NCBI RefSeq assembly: GCF_964194155.1
Contig: NC_135901.1
Span: forward strand, 23,002,001-23,066,000
DNA: 64,000 nt
Direction of reading: 5' to 3'
DNA from: Cetorhinus maximus
Lineage: Eukaryota
Under the pieces are notes generated by a model. It worked only from the letters and a program-made list of their open reading frames with translations, was not told the DNA's origin and ran no database searches. Position numbers and translations under genes: made by a program. Shown here piece by piece: positions 48,205-61,980 of this stretch. The first letter of the stretch is position 1. Each line of letters begins with the position of its first letter.

Positions 48205-49337
48205 AAAGCCCATGGGATTCAGGATAATGTGGCAAACTGGATAAAAGGTTGGCTTTGTAACAGGAAACAAAGGGTAATGGTCAATGGAAAGCCCTTGCGA
48301 ATGGAAAGTTGTCTCAAGTGGTGTTCCACAGGGCTCAGTGTTGGGACGCTTGCTGTTTGTGTTATATATTAACGATTTGGACGTGAACTTGGGGGGCACG
48401 ATTGGGAAATTTGCAGATGACACAAAGATTGGCTGAGTAGTGGATAGTGCAAAGGATAGCCATAATCTCCAAAACGATATAGATGGGTTGGTGGAGTGGG
48501 CGGTAAAGTGGCAGATGGATTTAACATAGAGAAATGTAAGGTCATACATTTAGGGAGGTCAAACAGTTACAGGGTTTGCAAAATAAATGGGAATATGCTA
48601 AGAGGGGTAGATGAAGTGAGAGATCTTGGCGTACTAGTACACAGGTCCCTGAAGGCAGCAGTTCATGTAGACAAAGTTGTAAAGAAGGCATATGGAATGC
48701 TCTCCTTCATTGGCAGAGGTATAGAATATAAAAGTAAGGATATAATGTTGGAATTGTATAAAACACTGGTGAGGCCACAACTGGAGCATTTGCAGTTCTG
48801 GTCGCCACATTACAGGAAGGACGTAATAGCTCTGGAGAGAGTGCAGAGGAGGTTTACAAGAATGTTGCCAGGGTTAGAAAAGTGTAGCTATGAGGAGAGA
48901 TTGGATTGGTTGGGGTTACTTTCCTTTGAACAAAAAAGGCTGAGAGGTGACTTGATTGAGGTGTACAAAATTATGAGGGGAACAAATAGAGTGGACATGA
49001 TAAAATTGCTTCCCTTGGTGGAGAATCCTAGAACCAGGGGACATAGATTCAAGATAAGTGGCAGAGGGTGTAGGGGGTACATGGGGAAAAACTTTTTTAC
49101 GCAGAGGGTAGTGGGTGTCTGGAATCCGCTGCCCAAGTTGGTGGTAGAGGCAGAAACTCTAAACTCTTTTAAAAAGTACCTGGATCTGCACCTTAAGTGC
49201 TGCAAGCTGCAGGGCTATGGGCCGAGTGTAGGAAGGTGGGATTAGAAAGGGCATCTGGGTGCCCTCGGGCTGGCATGGACATGATGGGCCGAATGGCTTC
49301 CTTCTGTGCTGCAAGTTTTCTATGGTTCTATGATTCT
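48205..49337 (+). mobile_element. CR1 LINE, 5'-truncated
   Basis: GVPQGSVLG, FADDTK; TSD AATGTA at 48199-48204 and 49338-49343; empty site near 16753. Confidence 0.92.
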
Positions 49338-49455
49338 AATGTATATCTGCTGTAGCAATGTAAGAGGTGAATGGAAAAGGTTTTTCAGTTGGAAACTTCT
49401 CAGGCACACACACCCCTGTGGAAAGATTGATTGACTAGTGTGCTGAGGAGATATT

Positions 49456-52400
49456 TCCCTCCTAGTGTTTGACAAGGTTTTTACCAAAACTCGCTTTCAC
49501 AGCCATATTTCCTTCCTCAGTGACTGTCTCCATCTCCGATTTACCTCGCGTGAATTCCAAATGAAGTTCCATCCTTCATGTTTCGAATCCATCCAGGATT
49601 ATAGGTATTTCTGGGACATACAATATTCCTCGGAGTGGTGTTCTCACTGTATCCTGAGATCCACACTCAGTGCCATGCGCTGCCATATGTGCACTCTCTC
49701 TCTCTCTCCAGCAGCAGCTACTCACACTATCTCAAGGCTGTCCTTGTCCCCAGTTTCATTTTATTCTTTGTCTCATCTGATGCCTTAACATGAAACTCTT
49801 TCTCTTCCTTTCAAGTGTTAAGGGACACAAGCTCCAACAACTCATTGATACCAATGCCCATCCAGGACCCTCCACCCCTTCCTATCCCTCTGACCCCATC
49901 CTGTCTTCTGACCCCAGCCCGTGCCATTTTTTCACCATACGCTCTGACCTTCCCCTCTCTGATGCTGAATGTTCAATATTCAGCAAAGGACTCTGTTTCA
50001 AACCCTTACACCCTCACCTCAATGAATTTCGGGCTCGGCATGATGCTGAACTCTTCTTCCACTGCCTTCATCTCTGTGCTCACTTCTTTGGGCAGGAGTC
50101 CTCCCCCACCCCCCCACCGTGAAAGGATCCGTTCAACGGATCCTTTTACCCCCTCCAGTATTATCCCCCCACTTGGACCCCTCCCTCTGGCATCTTACCT
50201 GCTATTGATCTTTTCATTGAGAACTGTTGGCGTGACATCAGCTGTCTCAATTTCTCTGCTCCTCTCACCCACTCTAACCTGTCTCCTTCTGAAATTGCTG
50301 CACTCCATTCTCTTAGGTCTAACCCTGACTTTATCAAACCTGCCGACAAGAGTGGTGCTGTTGTTGTCTAGCATACTGACCTCTACCTCGCAGAGGCTGA
50401 GCGCCAAGTCTAAGACACTTCCTCCTACCTCCCACTGGACCATGACACCACCACCGAACATCAAGCCAGCGTTTCCAGGACTGTCACTGACTTCATCTCC
50501 TCTGGAGATCTTTCCTTCCAACACCAGACAGCCCGCTTCTACCTCCATCCCAAAACCCACAAACAGGACTGTCCCGGTAGATCGATTGTGTCAGCCTGTT
50601 CCTGCCCCACGGAACTCATTTCTTCTGATCTTTGCTCCGTTTTCTCTCTCCTTGTCCAGTCTCTTCTCACCTACATCCGCGATTTCTCTGACGCCCTACA
50701 TCATATCAACAATTTCCAGTTTCCTGGCCCTATCCACCTCCTCTTCACCATAGACGTCCAATCCCTCTATACCTCCATCCCCCACCAGGATGGTCTGAGG
50801 GCTCTCTGCTTCTTCCTTGAACATAGGCCCGAACAATCCCCATCCACCACCACTCTCCTCTATCTGACTGAACTTGTTTTCTCATCGAACAATTTCTCCT
50901 TAAACTTGTCTCACTTCCTCCAAATAAAAGGTGTGCCTATGGGTACCCCGTGGGTCCCAGTTATGCCTGTCTCATTATGGGGTATGTGGAACATTCCTTG
51001 TTCCAATCCTACTCAGGCCCCCTCCTACAATTCTTTTCCCAGTACATCGATGACTGTTTTGGTGCCGCTTCATGCTCTCATCTGGACCTGGAAAAATGTA
51101 TCTATTTTGCTTTCAATTTCCACCTCTCTATCACCTTCACATGGTCCATCTCTGACACTTCCCTTCCCTTCCTTGACCTCTCTATCTCCGTTTCGGATGA
51201 TGACTGTCCACCAATATTCACTACAAGTCCACCGACTCCCACAGTTACCTCGACTACAACCCCTCACACCTTGCTTCCTGTAAGGATTCCATCGCATTCT
51301 TAGTTCCTTTGCCTCTGTTGCATCTGTTCCAATGATGCCACTTTCCAAAACGGTGCTTCTGACATATCTCCCTTCTTCATTAACCACGGTTTCCCTCCCT
51401 ATGTGATTGACAGGGCCCTCAACCGTTTCTGACCCATCTCCAGCACCTCTGCCCTCGCACCTTCCCATCCCTCCCAGAACCATGATAGGGTCCCCCTTGG
51501 TCCTCACTTTTCACCCCACCAGCCTCCACATTCAAAAGATCATCCTCCACCATTTCCATAACTCCAGCATGATGCCACCACCAAACACATCTTCCCTTCA
51601 CCCCCCACCGCCCCTGCGCCCTCCTCGTCGACATTCTGTTGGGACCATTCCTTCCGGGACACCCTGGTCCACTCCTCCATCACCCGCACACCTCATCCCC
51701 CTCCCACGGCACCCTCCAATGCTATTGCAGAAGGTGCAACACCTGCCCATTTACCTCCTCCCTCCTCACTGTCTAAGGTCCCAAAGCAGCGCTTCACTTG
51801 CACCTCCTTCAATTTGGTCTACTGCATTCACTGCTCCCAATGCCTTCTCCTCTGCACTGGGGAGACCAAATGCAGACTGGGTGACCGCTTTGCGGAACAC
51901 CTTCAGTCTGTCCGCAAGCATGACCCAGACCTTCCTGTCACTTCCCATTTCAACACATCATCTTGCTCTCATGCCCAAATGTCCATCCTTGGCCTGCTGC
52001 AATGTTCCAGTGAAGCCCACTGCAAACTGGAGGAACAGCACCTCATCTTCCGATTAGGCACTTTACAGCCTTAACTTAACACTGAGTTCAACAACTTCAG
52101 ACCATGAATTCTCTCCTCTATCTTCATCCCTTTTTTTAAATGTATTTTTATTTTTTATCCACTTATTTTCATTTTTATTCATTTATTCATTGTTTTATCC
52201 CCTTTTTAGCCCTTTTTCCATCCTTTATCCCCAACCACCGCCCCCTCCCACCACCCTACCCCCAAAAGGGCCACCTGTTACTCGTTCCATGTTGTTCTTT
52301 TCAGAGTGCTTACCCTTGTTCTGCTATTATCACATTTTGCTTTGTTATCTTTATTCCACTATCAGCACCTTTTTTGGCCCTTACCACTACCATTAACACT

Positions 52401-52675
52401 CCCTTTGTCTTTTTGTTCATGACACCTTTGTCAATCTCTCCTTTGCCCTCACCTATCACTATCTATCTAGCTTCACCTGCTCCACCACATCCCCTCCCCC
52501 CAACTAAACAGTATAAATGTCATCACATTTCTACCTCTCTTTAGCTCTGAAGAAGTCATATGGACTCAAAATGTTAACTCTGTTTTTCTCTCCACAGATG
52601 CTGCTAGGCCTGCTCAGTTTTCCCAGCATTTTCTGTTTGTATTTCAGATTTCCAGTATCCGCAGTATTTTGCTTT
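49456..52675 (+). mobile_element. Long degenerate Penelope-like element
   Basis: KGLCF, KPADK, TIDVQSLYTSIP, YIDD and GIY-YIG remnants; exact 15-bp TSD TGCTGAGGAGATATT at 49441-49455 and 52676-52690; hammerhead at 52543-52579. Confidence 0.93.
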
Positions 52676-53116
52676 TGCTGAGGAGATATTAATGGTTCAT
52701 TGAACTAAAAACAGAAAGTGTGGAAAAACTCAGCAGGTCGGGCAGCCTCTGTGGAGCGAGAAACAGAGTTAATGTTTCGAGTCCAATATGACTCTTCAAA
52801 ACAGAACCGGTCTTTTGTCCTGTATTCTGACAGTAAAACTTACAGTGCTTTGTTTCTTTATTATAACCACTCCCATTGCCTTTTGTTCCATGACATCTTT
52901 GTTATTTAATCTATCCAGCTCTCGAACCTATCACTGGGCTTCTCGTTTGTTCTACCCAACCCTCCCCGCTTTCTCACTGAAAGCATCTACAGAAATACTT
53001 GTTTCTGAAACAATATTCTGTAACGTTGAACAGACAGTGTCCATTTAACAACCTGATCTCACATGGAATCTACCTCCTTTTGACAATTTCACATCGGAAA
53101 TTGCCGGGCCAGACAT

Positions 53117-55285
53117 CTTTTTTATTCATTCATGGGATGTGGGCATCACTGATAGGCCAACATTTATTGCCCATCCCTAATTGCCCTTGAGAACGCGGTG
53201 GTGAGCTGCCTCCTTGAACCGCTGCAGCCCATATGGTGCAGGTACACCCACAGTGCTGTTCGGAAGGCAGTTCCAGGATTATGACCCAGCGACAGTGAAG
53301 GAACGGTGATATATTTCCAAGTCAGGATGGTGAGTGACTTGGAGGGGAACTTCCAGGTGGTGGTATTCCCATCTACCTGTTGCCCTTGTCTTTCTAGATC
53401 ATAGTGGTCATGGGTTTGGAAGGTGCTGTCTGAGGAGCCTTGGTGAATTCCTGCAGTGCATCTTGTAGATGGTACACACTGCTGCTACTTGCGTCGGTGG
53501 TGGAGGGAGTGAATGTTTGTGGATGTGGTTCCAATCAAGCGGACTGCTTTGTCCTGGATGATGTCAAGCTTCTTGAGTGTTGTTGGAGCTGCACTCATCC
53601 AGGCAAGTGGGGAGTATTCCATCACACTCCTGACTTGTGCCTTATAGATGGACAGCCTCTGGGGCGTCAGGAGGTGAGTTACTTGTCGCAAGATTCCTAG
53701 CCTCAGATCTGCTCTTGCAGCCACAGTATTTATATGACTAGTCCAGTTCAGTTTCTGATCAATGGTAACCCCCAGGGTGTTGACAGTGGGGAATTCGGTG
53801 ATGGTAATGCCATTGAATGTCAAGCGGCGATGGTTAGATTCTCTTTTGTTGGAGCCTGGCACTTGTGTTGTGCAAATGTTATTTGCCACTTGTCTGCCCA
53901 AGCCTGGATATTGTCCAGGTTTTGCTGCATTTGGACATGGACTGCTTCAGTATCTGAGAAGTCGTGAATGGTGCTGAACATTATGCAATTGTCAGCGAAC
54001 ATCCCCACTTCTGACCTTATGATGGAAGGAAGGTCATTGATGAAGCAGCTGAAGATGGTTGGGCCTAGGACACTACCCTGAGGAGCTCCTGCAGAGATGT
54101 CCTTGAACTGAGATGATTGACCTCCAACAATCACAAGCACCTTCCTTTCTGCTAGGTATGACTTCAACCAGCAGAGAGTTTTCCCTGATTCCTATTGACT
54201 CCAGTTTTTCTAGGGCTCCTTGATGCCACACTGGGTCAAATGCGGCCTTGATGTCAAAGGCAGTCACTCTCACCTCACCTCGGGAGTTCAACTCTTTTGT
54301 CTATGCTTGAACCAAGGCTGTAATGAGTTCAGGAACTGGGAGCCCCTGGTGGAAGCCAAACTGGGCGTCAGTGAACAGGTTATTGCTAAAGAAGTGCCAC
54401 TTGATAGCACTGTTAATGACCCCTTCCATCACTTTACTGATGATTGAGAGTGGACTGATGGGGCGGTAATTGGCTGCGTTGGATTTGTCCTGCTTTGTGT
54501 GCATAGGACAAACCTGGGAAATGTTCCACATAGCCAGGTAGATTCCAGTGTTGTAGCTGTACTGGAACAGCTTGGCTAGGGGTGCGGCAAGTTCTGGAGC
54601 ACAAGTCTTCTGTCCTATTGCCAGAATATTGTCAGGGCCCATAGCCTTTGCAGTATCCAGTGCCTTCAGCTGTTTCCTAATATCACGTGGAGTGAATTGA
54701 ATTGGTTCAAGACTGGCAACTGTGGTGTTGGGGACCTCCGGAGGAGGCCGAGATGGATCATCCACTCGGCACTTCTGGCTGAAAATGCTTCAGCCTTATC
54801 TTTTGCACTTATGTTCTGGGCCCCGCCAGCATTGAGGATGGGGATATTTGTGGAGCCTCTTCTCCAGGTGAATTGTTTAATTGTCCACCACCATTCATGA
54901 TTGGATGTGGCAGGACTGCGGAGCTTAGATCTGATCCATTGGTTGTGGGATCGCCTAGTTCTATTACTTGCTGCTTATGCTATTTGGCACGCAAGCAGTC
55001 CTGTGTTATAGCTTCACCAGGTTGACACCTCATTTTAAGGTATACCTGGTGCTGCTCCTGGCATGCCCTCCTGCACTCTTCATTGAACCAGGGTTGATTC
55101 CCATTGCTTGATGGTAATGGTAGAGTGGGGGATATGCCTGGCCACGAGGTTACGGATTGTGTTCGAGTACAATTCTGCTGCTGCTGATGGCCCACAGCGC
55201 CTCATGGATGCCCAGTCTTGGGTTGCTAGATCTGTTTGAAATCTATCCCATTTAGCACGGTGCTCTTGCCACACAACACCATGCG
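53117..55285 (-). mobile_element. CR1/L2-group LINE ORF2, frameshifted
   Basis: NYRPISPL, FDIKAAFDPVWH, PQGSVLGP, MFADNC, VRSVMEYS. Confidence 0.92.
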
Positions 55286-55289
55286 GTCT

Positions 55290-55573
55290 GATACAACTGA
55301 ATGGCTTGCTCGACCATTTAATAGTCAACCACATTGCTGTGGATCTAGAGTCACGTTTAGGCCAGTCCAGGAAAGGGTGACAGATTTCCTTCCCTAAAGG
55401 ACATTAGTGAACTAGATGGATTTTTACAACAATAAACAATGGTTTCATGGTCACCATTAGACTTTTAGTTCCAGATTTTTATTGAAATTCCAATTCCACC
55501 ATCTGCCGTAGTCCCCAGAGTATTATCCTGGGTCTCTGCATTACTAGTCCAGCAACAATATCACTATGCCACC
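55290..55573 (-). mobile_element. tRNA-derived SINE
   Basis: Head ggtggcatagtg (A box); body shared with other copies. Confidence 0.75.
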
Positions 55574-55978
55574 TCGAACATAAAACAGTGAACATTATCC
55601 ACCCCCCGCAGATCCCAATATAGACTGATGGTCCTGAGCTGCCTCTAGAAAATAACCAGTGATCCAACTCGTCAGTTACAATATTTAATCAAACAAAATT
55701 GATCAAAGATTCAGATAAAATATTCTCCAGAACTTTCTAACACGTGCTGCAGTCGTTTGTGACAGTTTCATAGTGATCACATTACCTGGTGTAGTTTGGG
55801 TTTATTTTGTAGCCATTCCAACCCATCACTGTCCCTGAGGAACTTTACCCCCACCCTGATTCTCCAGCCCAGAGAAAACTCAGTCACTGACCTGAGATGA
55901 GGGACTTTAATGGCGGCTGTGACAGTCCAGCATTCACCGAGAGTCAGAATCAACCCCATCTAATAAACCCCAAAGCTC

Positions 55979-56113
55979 AATATAAATCAGTGAAAATTAT
56001 CCCCAAGACCGGAATATAAAACAGTGAACATTATCCCCAAGACCTGAATATAAAACTGAGCATTTTTCCCCCCAGACCTGAATATAAAATAATGAATAGT
56101 ATCCCCCAGATCC
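55979..56113 (+). repeat. 34-bp minisatellite, four diverged copies
   Basis: aatataaaacagtgaacattatccccaagacctg; partial fifth copy near 55579. Confidence 0.85.
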
Positions 56114-56439
56114 AGGAGCTGTCCTGATGGATTCAGACTGCGACATTCCATTGTTCCAGATGCGTTTGTTCTAGGAACCAGATTTAAGGGCCCTATCATT
56201 GGAGCTTCGAGGGGGGTGAATGGCCAACTCTTAATTCTTATGTTCATGTAATTACCACAGTCATTTTCAGACTGGAAACTTAAACCTGCCGTTTCACTTT
56301 CAGTCAGGAACAGATCACAGTTTTACACCAATCTCTGATTTGACAGCACATTTCCAGCATTCACCGTTGTTCTTCATGACTCTAAACACAGTTGTAAAGG
56401 CGCCTTCTGTTCCGTGTCTAGGAGCTCTGAACCAGGGAA

Positions 56440-57625
56440 ACAGGCGGAATGAATCAGTGAATCTTTTCCCACACTCGAAGCAGGTGAATGGTCTCTCCCC
56501 TGTGTGAGCTCGCTGGTGTTGCAGCAGGGTGAATGCCTGAGAGAATTCTTCCCCCACGTGGAGCAGATGAACAGCCCCACTCCAGTGTGAGTGCACTGGT
56601 GTCTCAGAAGATTAATGCTGCTTTTAAAGATCTCCTTGCAATCAGAACGTTTAAATCTTCTCAAGTCAGTGTGAACTTGCTGGTGTCTCAGGAGGTTGGA
56701 TGAATGAGTGAATCCCTTCCCACACTCGGAGCAGATGAACGGTCTCTCTCCAGTGTGAACTCGCTGGTGTACAGTGAGTTGAGGTGATCGCCTGAACCCA
56801 GCCCCACAGTGAGAGCACCTGAACGGTCTCTCGTCAGTGTGAACTTGCTGATGGCGCATCAGTGCCCTGGAACTTTTATACCATTTTTCACAATCTGGAC
56901 ATTTGAAATGTTTCTCATCAGTGTGAACTCGCTGGTGTTTCAGCAGAGTGGATATATCAGAGAACCCCTTCCCACACTCGGAGCAGGTGAATGGCCTCTC
57001 TCAAGTGTGAACTCGCTGGTGTTTCAGTAGGTTGGAAGAACTAGTGAATCCTTTCCCACACTCTGAACACGTGAAAGGCTTCTCCCCAGTGTGAATGCGT
57101 CGATGAATATCTAATTCAGATGGGTAATTGAATCCCTTCCCACAATCCTGACATTTCCACGGTTGCTCTGTGGCACCAACCCCAATGTGGCTGTGTCGAT
57201 GGTATTCCAGACGGGATGGATAATTGAATCCCTTCCCACAGTCCCCACATTTCCATGGTTTCTCCACGGTGTTCATGTCTTTGTCTTTCCAGGTTGGACA
57301 ATCTGTTGAAGCCTTGTGCACACACAGAACACGTGTACGGTTTCTCCTCACTGTGAATGGTGCAATGTATTTTCAGGCTCTGTAACTGGTTAAAGCTCTT
57401 TCCACAGTCAGTTCACTGGAACACTCTCACTCAGATGTGTGTGTCTTGGTGCTTTTCCAGTCACACTGATGTTTGACATTTTTTCCCACAGACAGAATAG
57501 GCAAGCTTTTCTCTGTGCACATTCAAAGGCCGATGATATTCAGGTCCAGGTGAATCAAGTGACTCTGTTAGATCTTGACGTGATGATTTTTTTTCTGTCT
57601 GCCAATCTTCAGCTAACAACATCCT
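56440..57625 (-). pseudogene. ZNF unit J
   Basis: Stop at 57001-57003 in a linker, later frameshift; finger array breaks off into sequence paralogous to 38965-39370. Confidence 0.85.
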
Positions 57626-57859
57626 GCAAAAAGAGTTAACAAAAGTCATCACATCAGTCCAGGATAGAAATTCAGAACAGACAATTCTACTTTCTATGGA
57701 ACATGCTTTCCCTGAAAGTTGTAAATTCCCAGCTCACACATGCCTCCCTCCCACCTCTCTCCTGTGCAGATTCCAGTTAAGGTTCTGTCCTCCACTCCCA
57801 ACTTTCTCCCTCCCTCTCCTGTGGCTGGGTTCAGTTCTCCAGCTCCCAGGTGCAGACTG

Positions 57860-58690
57860 AGAATAAAATTGATGAGTCAATCATGTTCTCTCCTGGCCAC
57901 TGGGACCCTGAAGACCTACCCATCCGATGACCAATCCCCTGCCCGCCCACCAAGATGGCCACACATGCACTCTGCTGTCTGGGCTAGCCAAATAAATACT
58001 GTGGCTACAAGAGCAGGTCAGAGGCTAGGAGTCGTGCCATGAGTAACTCACCTCCTGACTCCCCAAAGCCTGTCCATCATCAACAAGGCATAAGTTAGGA
58101 GGGTGATGGAATACTCCCCACTTGCCTGGATGAGCTCCCCACAACACTCAAGAAGCTTGACACTATTCAGGGAAAAGCAGCCGTTTGATTGGCACCACTC
58201 AAACATTCACTCCCTCCACCACTGATGCACAGTAGCAGCAGTATGTACCATCTATAAGATGCACTGCAGGAATTCACCAACGCTCCTTAGACAACACCTT
58301 CCAAACCCATGACCACTATCACCTAGAAGGACAAGGGCAGCAGACACATGGGATCACCACCACCTGGAGGTTCTCCTCCAAGTAACTAATCATCCTGACT
58401 TGGAGATATGTCACCGTTTCTTCACTGTCGCTGGGTCAAAATCCTGGAACTCCCTCCCTAACAGCACTGTGGGTGTACCTACACCACATGGACTACAGCG
58501 GTTCAAGAAGGCAGCTCACCACCACCTTTTTAAGGGCAACTAGGGACGGGCAATAAATGCTGGCCCAGCCATCGAAGCCCACATCCAGTGAATGAACAAA
58601 AAAAAATGGCCCACCTTTCTCGCTCAAATGGCAACCGGTAGTCTGGGTAACCTGGGCCTGTCACCGGAAAGGGAGCCTCCCTCCCTGATC
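57860..58690 (-). promoter_or_regulatory. Disrupted promoter P7 of unit J
   Basis: 60-bp box and AAGATGGCC, split by LINE 57978-58606; 58625-58670 matches 61168-61220; CpGs decayed. Confidence 0.55.
57978..58606 (+). mobile_element. CR1/L2-group LINE 3' part
   Basis: Reverse complement of 53120-53745; A-rich tail. Confidence 0.88.
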
Positions 58691-58702
58691 TGCCCTGATT
58701 CC

Positions 58703-60580
58703 CTCTTCCTTTGGCAGTTCCTCTGGATCAAGGGTGACTTGTTTCCACTCTGGTCGATGGGTTCTGAAATGGCTGATAAGTCCAATGTGTGATCTGTAGA
58801 CTCTGTCACATGCGGAGTTGAAGGGTTGGGTAGATGGGTTGTTTGGAGGTATGTGTGCTCCCTGAGACACCTCGACTTCACCTCAGCGTGTTGCCGACCA
58901 AGTCTCAGTCATGTGCCTTCCCGAATGACCCTTCTCCATTTCGACTGGTGAAAATCCAGGGTCTTCCATAAGTTGGTGGGGACAAATGATCTCTTCAGGA
59001 GATCGCTGCAGTGTTTCCACTGATCTCCTGAGTGTCTGTGATTGAATTCCAACTTGAGCAGTTGGTTTGGAGTCTCGTGTCAGACATACAAATGACATTT
59101 CCCGCCCAGCAGAGCTGGTTTTGAGTGATCAGCCCCTCAATGCTGGGTGAGTTGGCTTGGGAGAAGATGCTGCTATTGAACCACCTTCATTGCCACTGGA
59201 TTTGGAGGATCTTGCTGGTGGTATTTCCCCAGTGCTTTGAGGTGCCTGATATTGGTTGACCAAGTCTCCGAAGCCTTTAGGAGCATGGGGATCACTGCTG
59301 CCCGGTAAACCAGGACCTGAGTTTTGGGTTTGACATTCTGGTCCTCAAATAGTCTGTTCATCATTCTGCCGAAGGCTGAACTGGCACATTGGAGGCAATG
59401 ATGAATTTTGTTGTCTATGTCAACCTTCAGCGAGAGGGAGCTCCCAAGATAAAGAAAATGGTCCGTATTTTCCAGGATTTCACTGTTGCTCTTAATCGAT
59501 GGGGTGGGGGCAGGGGAAATATGTGGTAAAACCCACAAGATAAATAACAAATGGTGGGTAGAAAGTGTATGGGAGATCCAACAACTCACGGAAATCAACA
59601 ACATGCATGGTTTCTTCAGCGCTGTCAAGACAATCTATGACTCGAGCACTCTGCGGCCCAACCCACTGCGAGCCAAGATAGAGGGGAGCTCATCAAGGAC
59701 AGGGATCACTGGACAGAACATTTTGAAGAACTCCTCAACTGAGACTCTGTCTTCCACTTGAATGTCCTCATCTCCACTCCTCCATACCCTGCCCGGCTCA
59801 ATCTCGATGCTTCCACGGTCGGGAGCGAGAGTGAAAAACCCAATCAACAGCTGAAAATCAACATGGCCTCTGGAGCAGATGGAATCCCTGCTGAAATTCT
59901 GAAACACGGCGGTGTTACACTCCTGGCCCGGCTGCACAACCTCATATTCCTCATTGGGAAGAGGGATGCATACTGGAGGATCTCTGGGACACTCTAATTG
60001 TGACTCTATTCAAGAGGGGAGACTAGCTCGAATGCAGTAATTACAGGGGAGTCTTCCTGCTGCCTGCATAGGGAAAATCATTGCAATGCTCCTCCTCAAT
60101 CACCTTCTCTTAGTGGCCAAAGAGCTCCTTCCAGACTCACAATGCGGTTTTCTTCATCGAGAGGCACCACAGACACGATCTTCACTCTGCGGCAAATCCA
60201 AGGAACAGCACCAACCTCTGTGCTTGGTCTTTTTCATCCTTACAAAAGTCTTTCACATGGTCAAACATGAAGTTTTTTGCAGTACCGCCTCAAATTTGCC
60301 TGCCCTCAGAAATTTCTCACTATCCTCCGCCTACTCCACGATGACATGAAAGCCGTGAACCTCATCAACGAAATCACCACAAACCCTATCTCAGTGAAGA
60401 CTGTGATCAGGCAAGGCTGTGTCATTACACCAACCCTCGTCTCCATCTTTTCTGCATCTCACCTCAAGAAAATTACCCAAGGGCGTGGAGATAATCTACA
60501 GAACAGACAGGAAACATACACCACCTTCAAAACAAAACCAGAATCAGTCCAACCTCAGACATTGAGCTCCAGTATGTAGA
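58703..60580 (-). mobile_element. RTE LINE with inverted 5' half
   Basis: 58703-59520 minus: HFLYLGS..CDRVYRSHIGLISH; 59525-60580 plus: GADGIPAEILK, SQCGF, RQGCVITP, ELQYVD. Confidence 0.85.
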
Positions 60581-60859
60581 TCCTTGATTTCTATGTTAAA
60601 TCCATTTATTTGCCTTGATACCCTTGCTTCAGAAATGTCCAGTAATCTCAGTATTTTTTAAATTTCCAATTGACGAAATCTCAGCAGAATTTCAGATTTT
60701 CACTATATTTTCTGTGAACTGATTTCTGACATTGTTCCTGAACAGCCGAGTCTCAGTTACATAAATAAATATCACTGATTTGTACATTTAAATGGTAACA
60801 ATTATTATGCTCGTAATTAAGTTGTGCAACAAAATTTCAAAGAAACATAATAATTTTAA

Positions 60860-61022
60860 TAAAATACGGCGAATGCTGGAAATGTGAAATAAAAACAGAA
60901 AGTTCTGGAAATCCTCAGCAGGTTTGGCAGCTTCTGTGAAGAGAGAGAAACAGATTTAACATTTCCAATCCAATATGATTCTTCTTCAGAACTGAGTATT
61001 TCCAGCATTCTGATTTCATTTT
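60860..61022 (-). mobile_element. PLE terminus with hammerhead-like core and short inverted arm
   Basis: Minus cagtt CTGAAGA agaatc atattg gattg GAAA tgtt at 60953-60994. Confidence 0.75.
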
Positions 61023-61159
61023 AAACACATAATTGATGTAAACTTTATTGTCCTTACAGGTATCTGGATGTAAATCTGATTTCAGACCTTCCTCTGAACA
61101 GTTTTCAAACTAACTCCAGCTCAATGTCCATTCCTTCACGAAAGACCCGGATGGAAAAC

Positions 61160-61980
61160 ACACAGCACAAGATGGCGGCGGCCGGTTGCCCGGGTAACCC
61201 GGGCCTGTCACCGGTGAGGAATAACCAGTCTCAACGTCCCTTCCCTCACCAAGATGGCCGTCCATACGCCCGACTCCCTGAACAAGACCCGCCCTCCTCT
61301 CCCAAGATGGGCAGTGCAGTGTGGGTGTGCGCTCTGAGCATGCTCAGTGTCAGTCAGGGTGACAGAGTGAGGAGGAGCGGACGGTTCGGGAGGCGGGAGG
61401 AGATTGTGAGCACAGGGTAGGAATGGAAACCCCGGCTGGATTGGGAACTGGATCAACTTCTGGGGTAGGCCCCAGGCCCCGTGTTTACCCCGCGGTGACA
61501 GGCCCGGAGGGAGGGAGCGATGGAGCCGGCGGCTGGACGGGGAGGATTTGGAAACACTTTGTGGATCCGCAAACCCTGAGGAATAATTGTCAGCTCCTGG
61601 TTTGCAGCTGCGGGGCTTCTCCCCCCCCCGGGAACAGGCCCAGGTTAACGGCCGCCATCCTGGGTCAGCGAGTGGAGGATGGTTCACATCAGAGGATGGG
61701 GGAGGGGGGACAATAAATAAGAGGTTACACTTTGGGCTCAAATCGATGAGGAATCTGATCTGTGGGAAGGAAGGAAACCCTGGAAGGTGGACGGGGAGGG
61801 TTCAGAAACACCCGCTGGAGGCCCCAAACCCCCAACAAGGACCTGCAGGTGCCGCGTTTGCAGCTCCAGGACTTTATGTTTTATGTGCGGCCATTTCGGT
61901 GAAGCAACAGAGAGTGGGCGGGGCTTCAGGGTCCCAGTGACCAGGAGAGAAAATGATTGATTCATTGATTTTGTTCTCAC
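61160..61980 (+). promoter_or_regulatory. Promoter P8 of unit K
   Basis: CpG-rich; AAGATGGCGGC, several AAGATGG, GTTAACGGCCGCCAT, GC box and 60-bp box. Confidence 0.75.

Noticed and set aside
55979-56113. Spaced 34-bp repeats as a CRISPR array
   Set aside because: Head-to-tail diverged tandem units with no spacers or cas genes, in vertebrate DNA.
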